From the NCBI RefSeq assembly GCF_000142905.1, contig NW_013657669.1:62001-126000 (forward strand): a stretch of 64,000 nt of DNA, given 5' to 3'. Positions 60,307 through 64,000 of the stretch are shown here, piece after piece; within the stretch, counting starts at the first letter, position 1, and the number at the start of each line of letters is the position of its first letter. The stretch is from Thecamonas trahens ATCC 50062. Taxonomy: Eukaryota; Protista; Apusomonadida. The notes under the pieces are model-generated. The model searched no databases. It was not told the DNA's origin and saw nothing but the letters and a program-made list of their open reading frames with translations. The position numbers and the translations under genes are program-made.

Positions 60307-61854
60307 TTACTCGTCGTCGTCATCAAACCGGGCTGGGATGACGACGCGCTGGACGCCGCCGATGATCTCGACCAGGCGGACAACCTGGTGGACGTAGCCG
60401 AGCTCGTTGTCGTACCAGCAGTAGATGTTGGTCCGGTTGCCGTGGACAATGGTCGACGGCGAGTCGACGATGGTCGTCGCGGTCGACGAGACCATGTCAG
60501 TCGACGCGGCCTCGCGCGAGTCCGAGTACATGACCTGCTGCTGGAGCGGGCCGGCGAGCGCGGCGTGGCGGAGGGCGTTGTTGACCTCGTCTACGGTCGT
60601 GTCGCGCTTGAGCGTCACAATGAGGATGGCCATCGAGACGTCGGGCGTCGGGCACCGGATGGCCGAGCCGGTGACCTTGCCCGCGAGCTGCGGGAGCGCG
60701 CCGGCCACGGCCTTGGCCGCCCCGGTCTCGGTGAGGACAAGGTTGAGTGGCGCGGCGCGGCCACGACGTTCCTTCTTGTGGAAGTTGTCCAGCAGGTTCT
60801 GGTCGTTGGTAAAGGCATGGATGGTCTCGATGTGGACCGAGTCGATGCCGTACAGCGCGTCGAGGATCTGCAGCGGAGGGCAGACTGCGTTGGTTGTGCA
60901 CGACGCTGCCGCGTACACCGTCTCATCCATGTCGATGTTGTCCGAGTTGACACCGACCACAATGTTCGGCACGTCGCCCTTGCCGGGTGCGGTAAGCACA
61001 ACCTTGGAAATGCCCGGGCACTTGGCGTGCTCGGCGAGCGTCTCGCGCGTCCGCCAAATGCCGGTGTTGTCGATCAGGATTGCGTCCTCGATCCCGTACT
61101 CGGTGTAGTCGATCGCCGTCCGATCCTTGGCGTAGATCATCTTGATCCGCACGCCGTTGGCAATGAGAAAGCCACCGGCTTCATCCACCTCGATCATGCC
61201 CTTGAACTTGCCGTGGCTCGAGTCGCGCTTCAGCAGCGATGCCCGCTTCCGGATGTCCTGCACCGGGTCCATGTGCGGGCGGACCACAATCGCCCGCAGC
61301 GCAAGCATGTCACCCGCACCGGTCTTCTCCAGCAGCACCCGCGCCACCAGCCGGCCGATACGGCCAAAGCCAAAGAGGACAACGTCGCGCCCACGGCCGA
61401 GATCCATCATCGGGCCGGCGCCGAGCACATGCTGGACATGGTTGAGGACGTATGCCGCCACGGCAGCATCGTCATCAATCGAGCCACCCTCGCGGGTGTA
61501 CGCCACCGAGAGCTTGCCGAGATCGACGTGGCACGGGCCAAGCTCCGTCCCGAGCTCCACGAGTGCGGTGAGGAACGGCATGGTCTCGTGGATAGAGATG
61601 CCGGCCGGGAGATGCGGGACAACATGGCGGACAGCACGGTGGATCTTGAGCAGGCCAATGACGGTCACGTTCATCAGCTCGTTGCCAAAGACAGAGCACA
61701 CCACCGTGTTGGACCGGTACAGCTTGCCGAGCATCGGCACCATGGCCTCGGCCAGCGCACGCTGTTCGTTGTGCTCGTCGAGTGTCGACGCGTACGCCGC
61801 AGACATGGCAGACGCAGCAGAAACATCAGAACGGGGAGTAGCAAGAGTGTCCAT
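60307..61854 (-). CDS. gap: Glyceraldehyde-3-phosphate dehydrogenase, N-terminally extended bacterial type (PRK08289-like)
   Basis: Extension LAEAMVPMLGKLYR...VFGNELMN...LLKIH...LGPCHVDLGKL; core DVVLFGFGRIGR, LRAIVVR, DNTGIWR, AASCTTN, HAFTNDQNLLD and WYDNE. The true start may be further upstream. Confidence 0.95.
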   Translation of the reverse strand: MDTLATPRSDVSAASAMSAAYASTLDEHNEQRALAEAMVPMLGKLYRSNTVVCSVFGNELMNVTVIGLLKIHRAVRHVVPHLPAGISIHETMPFLTALVELGTELGPCHVDLGKLSVAYTREGGSIDDDAAVAAYVLNHVQHVLGAGPMMDLGRGRDVVLFGFGRIGRLVARVLLEKTGAGDMLALRAIVVRPHMDPVQDIRKRASLLKRDSSHGKFKGMIEVDEAGGFLIANGVRIKMIYAKDRTAIDYTEYGIEDAILIDNTGIWRTRETLAEHAKCPGISKVVLTAPGKGDVPNIVVGVNSDNIDMDETVYAAASCTTNAVCPPLQILDALYGIDSVHIETIHAFTNDQNLLDNFHKKERRGRAAPLNLVLTETGAAKAVAGALPQLAGKVTGSAIRCPTPDVSMAILIVTLKRDTTVDEVNNALRHAALAGPLQQQVMYSDSREAASTDMVSSTATTIVDSPSTIVHGNRTNIYCWYDNELGYVHQVVRLVEIIGGVQRVVIPARFDDDDE

Positions 61855-63489
61855 GTCGTAGTACAACCTTGTCGAGTACACGTAAGTTGGGTGTTCTCTC
61901 ACCCTCTCTTGACCCCCTCCCTCCCTCCCCCCCCCCCTTCCCACGCTCCACAAAATGTCCCGCAGGGGAAGGATCCCTCCCAAAAACTGCCACACCGCCG
62001 CCGTCCCACTCCGCCCGCCATGCGCAGCCCAAGCAAACGTTTTTTGCCGTTTGGCCACCGCATTCACTACATCAGAGCAATCGCCTCGCATGTTGTACGC
62101 TTATGGCCTTCTAATACATGCTGCTGGCGGGATCGACTCTTTATCGCATCCAATGGGGCCACAACAGATAGCATCCGCTTGACGATGTTCCCTCGCAGGG
62201 AAGAGGAGAAGGAACAACCCGTCGGAACAAGAGAGTGCTCGCCGCACCTACATGTGCACCAACTGGCCATCGACTTGGCTACAGATGTAAGATGTAGCTA
62301 TCCACAATCTGCGTCGTAGTTGGATGATTTGGATGTGTGGCTTGCTTTCCGCAAGCATCAGCACCACCTTTGCCGTGCATGCCGTACCTCTCACGAGATC
62401 TGATTGATCCCTAAATAAGACAACCTCCCTTTCGTCCCCGCCGCACCCGTGCCTTGAAAGCCGGCCCAGCAGCGGCTACAGCTGTGGCAAGCTAATGTAA
62501 AACTCAACGCTCTCGGTTGCCCAGCGATCTCGTCGCACCCGAAACTGCGCGCGCCTCCAACGACCTCGGTCGTCCGAGCACAGTCAGCGACGTCAATCGG
62601 CCGCCCTCCCCTTCATCGACTCGGGAGCACACACATTATCTCACACCTGCAACGGGGGAGATGTCCATTCAGCCGGTCCGCCGATGGCAACCAGTGTCGT
62701 CACATGTTGTTGGCACTATCATCCACATTGCCAGCCTCTCCCTGGTGGGCCGCCGGATGCTCGGTGGTCCTGAGCTGCAACCAAGACAGAGGATGGCCTC
62801 TTGGAGTGTGGGATGAGACGGAATGTCGGTCGTCGACGCCCCAGAAAGGGATTCCAAGTGACCAGAGTATGCTGCAGTCGATGTTGAACACCCAACAAGT
62901 TGTACGTCGCACCACTTACGGATGTCCTATGTGGCGGTCGTCTTATCGCCGTAGTGAGATCAGTCTTTTTTCACTGCTTGGGACCGGCGCACAATCCCAC
63001 GGCAAGTGGCACCCTGCAGTCACCTGCCTGATGCCTTTCTGCTAAACTCCCTGCAACAACTTCCCAGCACGTGATCTGGAACACAGGAGCTCTCAACGGC
63101 TCTGCTGTGTCTCATCCATTGTCAATGAGACGAACACTTGTCCAATTTTGATGTCATCCTCACTCTCTCCACCATCCTCCAGCCACCCCCAACCACCCAC
63201 CACCACCATCTCTGCTGACGACTCGCGCGCGCTCTCCCTCTACCACTCGCCTTATCACACACACATACACACACCCACACACACTCTCTCTCTCACGATC
63301 TCGCACTCTCCCTCATTCCCCGTCCCAGTCATACCGCCGTAAAAAATAGTAAGCCCTCCACTGGTCACACCGTGACAGCATTCGCTTGCTTGCTGCTGGC
63401 GCCATCCACCGGAGCCGAGGACGAGGAGCGACGACACCGGGCGGCGAGCATACCTCGCTCTCTCACTCCAGTTGGGTGTGGTGTTGGTG

Positions 63490-64000
63490 ATGAGGTTGGA
63501 CAGCATACGGCTCTTGTGCCTCTGTGCACTCTCTGCTCTTCTCGCTGTGGCTGCTTTGGCTGTCGTCGTCCTCGCCGGTGGTGACGAGTGGCGGGCGAGC
63601 GCGGCTGCGCTCACTCTCTCGCCCTCTCCTGCTGTACTTCGTGCTCTATGGCTAGCTGCTGGCCTCACAACGCTCATCGTTGTTGGTTGTGGTCTTGCTG
63701 CTGTACTTCTCCCGGCGGCGGCTCCTGTCTCGCCCGCTATCGCCCTTCTCCCGCTCCTCCTTGCCCTCCTGCATCCGCTCTGGCCTCGCCCTAACCTCTC
63801 CCCCGTCGCTGCGGCTCTCGTTGCCGTGGCTGTTCCCGCAGTTGCCACCCTCTTTGCCGGCCATCTCTCGGCCGCGCCGTTTGCTGCTCGGGACGATCCG
63901 CTGGCTCTGGCACGCATCCTCCTCGCCTGTCTTGCCATCGCCTCGGCTGTCGCTCTGGCTGTCCTGGGCGGCCGTGTCGCCCCTGGCACCGGCTCGCCGT
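63490..64000 (+). CDS. Multi-pass membrane protein, partial (runs off the window end)
   Basis: My translation from ATG 63490 (MRLDSIRLLCLCALSALLAVAALAVVVLAGG...) is open to the end, with about 5 hydrophobic segments. It is absent from the ORF track because it has no stop. Confidence 0.6.
   Translation, partial: MRLDSIRLLCLCALSALLAVAALAVVVLAGGDEWRASAAALTLSPSPAVLRALWLAAGLTTLIVVGCGLAAVLLPAAAPVSPAIALLPLLLALLHPLWPRPNLSPVAAALVAVAVPAVATLFAGHLSAAPFAARDDPLALARILLACLAIASAVALAVLGGRVAPGTGSP

Noticed and set aside
60277-62319. 680-aa + strand ORF opposite GAPDH
   Set aside because: Codon-aligned antisense shadow typical of GC-rich genes; non-ATG start and no motifs.
62100-63400. Possible genes or mobile element in the long intergenic region
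   Set aside because: Only short ORFs without motifs; no terminal repeats and no transposase or reverse transcriptase signature.

Overview
This is GC-rich, gene-dense eukaryotic nuclear DNA with few, short spliceosomal introns (donors mostly GTACGT, GTACGC or GTATGT), microsatellites and four assembly gaps. The style suggests a flagellated protist such as the apusomonad Thecamonas trahens; that assignment is an unverified inference. About 27 protein-coding genes can be supported. Conserved eukaryotic genes: SRP receptor alpha, RNF32, VWA8, ZFPL1, RECQL, an F-box/LRR protein, an ADP-ribosylglycohydrolase, spatacsin/SPG11, a probable MED29, a 4xKH RNA-binding protein, TMEM135, an RCF2-N/ENOD93-like protein and a NUDT18-like Nudix hydrolase. 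Bacterial-type enzymes: a catalytically complete lipid A enzyme LpxC with no obvious transit peptide, an N-terminally extended (PRK08289-type) GAPDH, and a YjjX-type ITPase/XTPase. Other points of interest: (1) an LRR protein fused to a degenerate PARP-like domain; (2) an adaptor with three helical-hairpin repeats plus PH and IRS-PTB-like domains, whose first intron is stop-free, in frame and holds a 23-unit 18-bp minisatellite; (3) an acidic protein with tandem DFGx(hydrophobic) and LIR-like motifs; (4) five frame breaks in four genes, each repaired by adding one base, most likely homopolymer under-calls; (5) very tight tail-to-tail gene packing. No rRNA, tRNA, CRISPR array or intact transposase was seen. 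All family calls come from motif recognition, not database searches.
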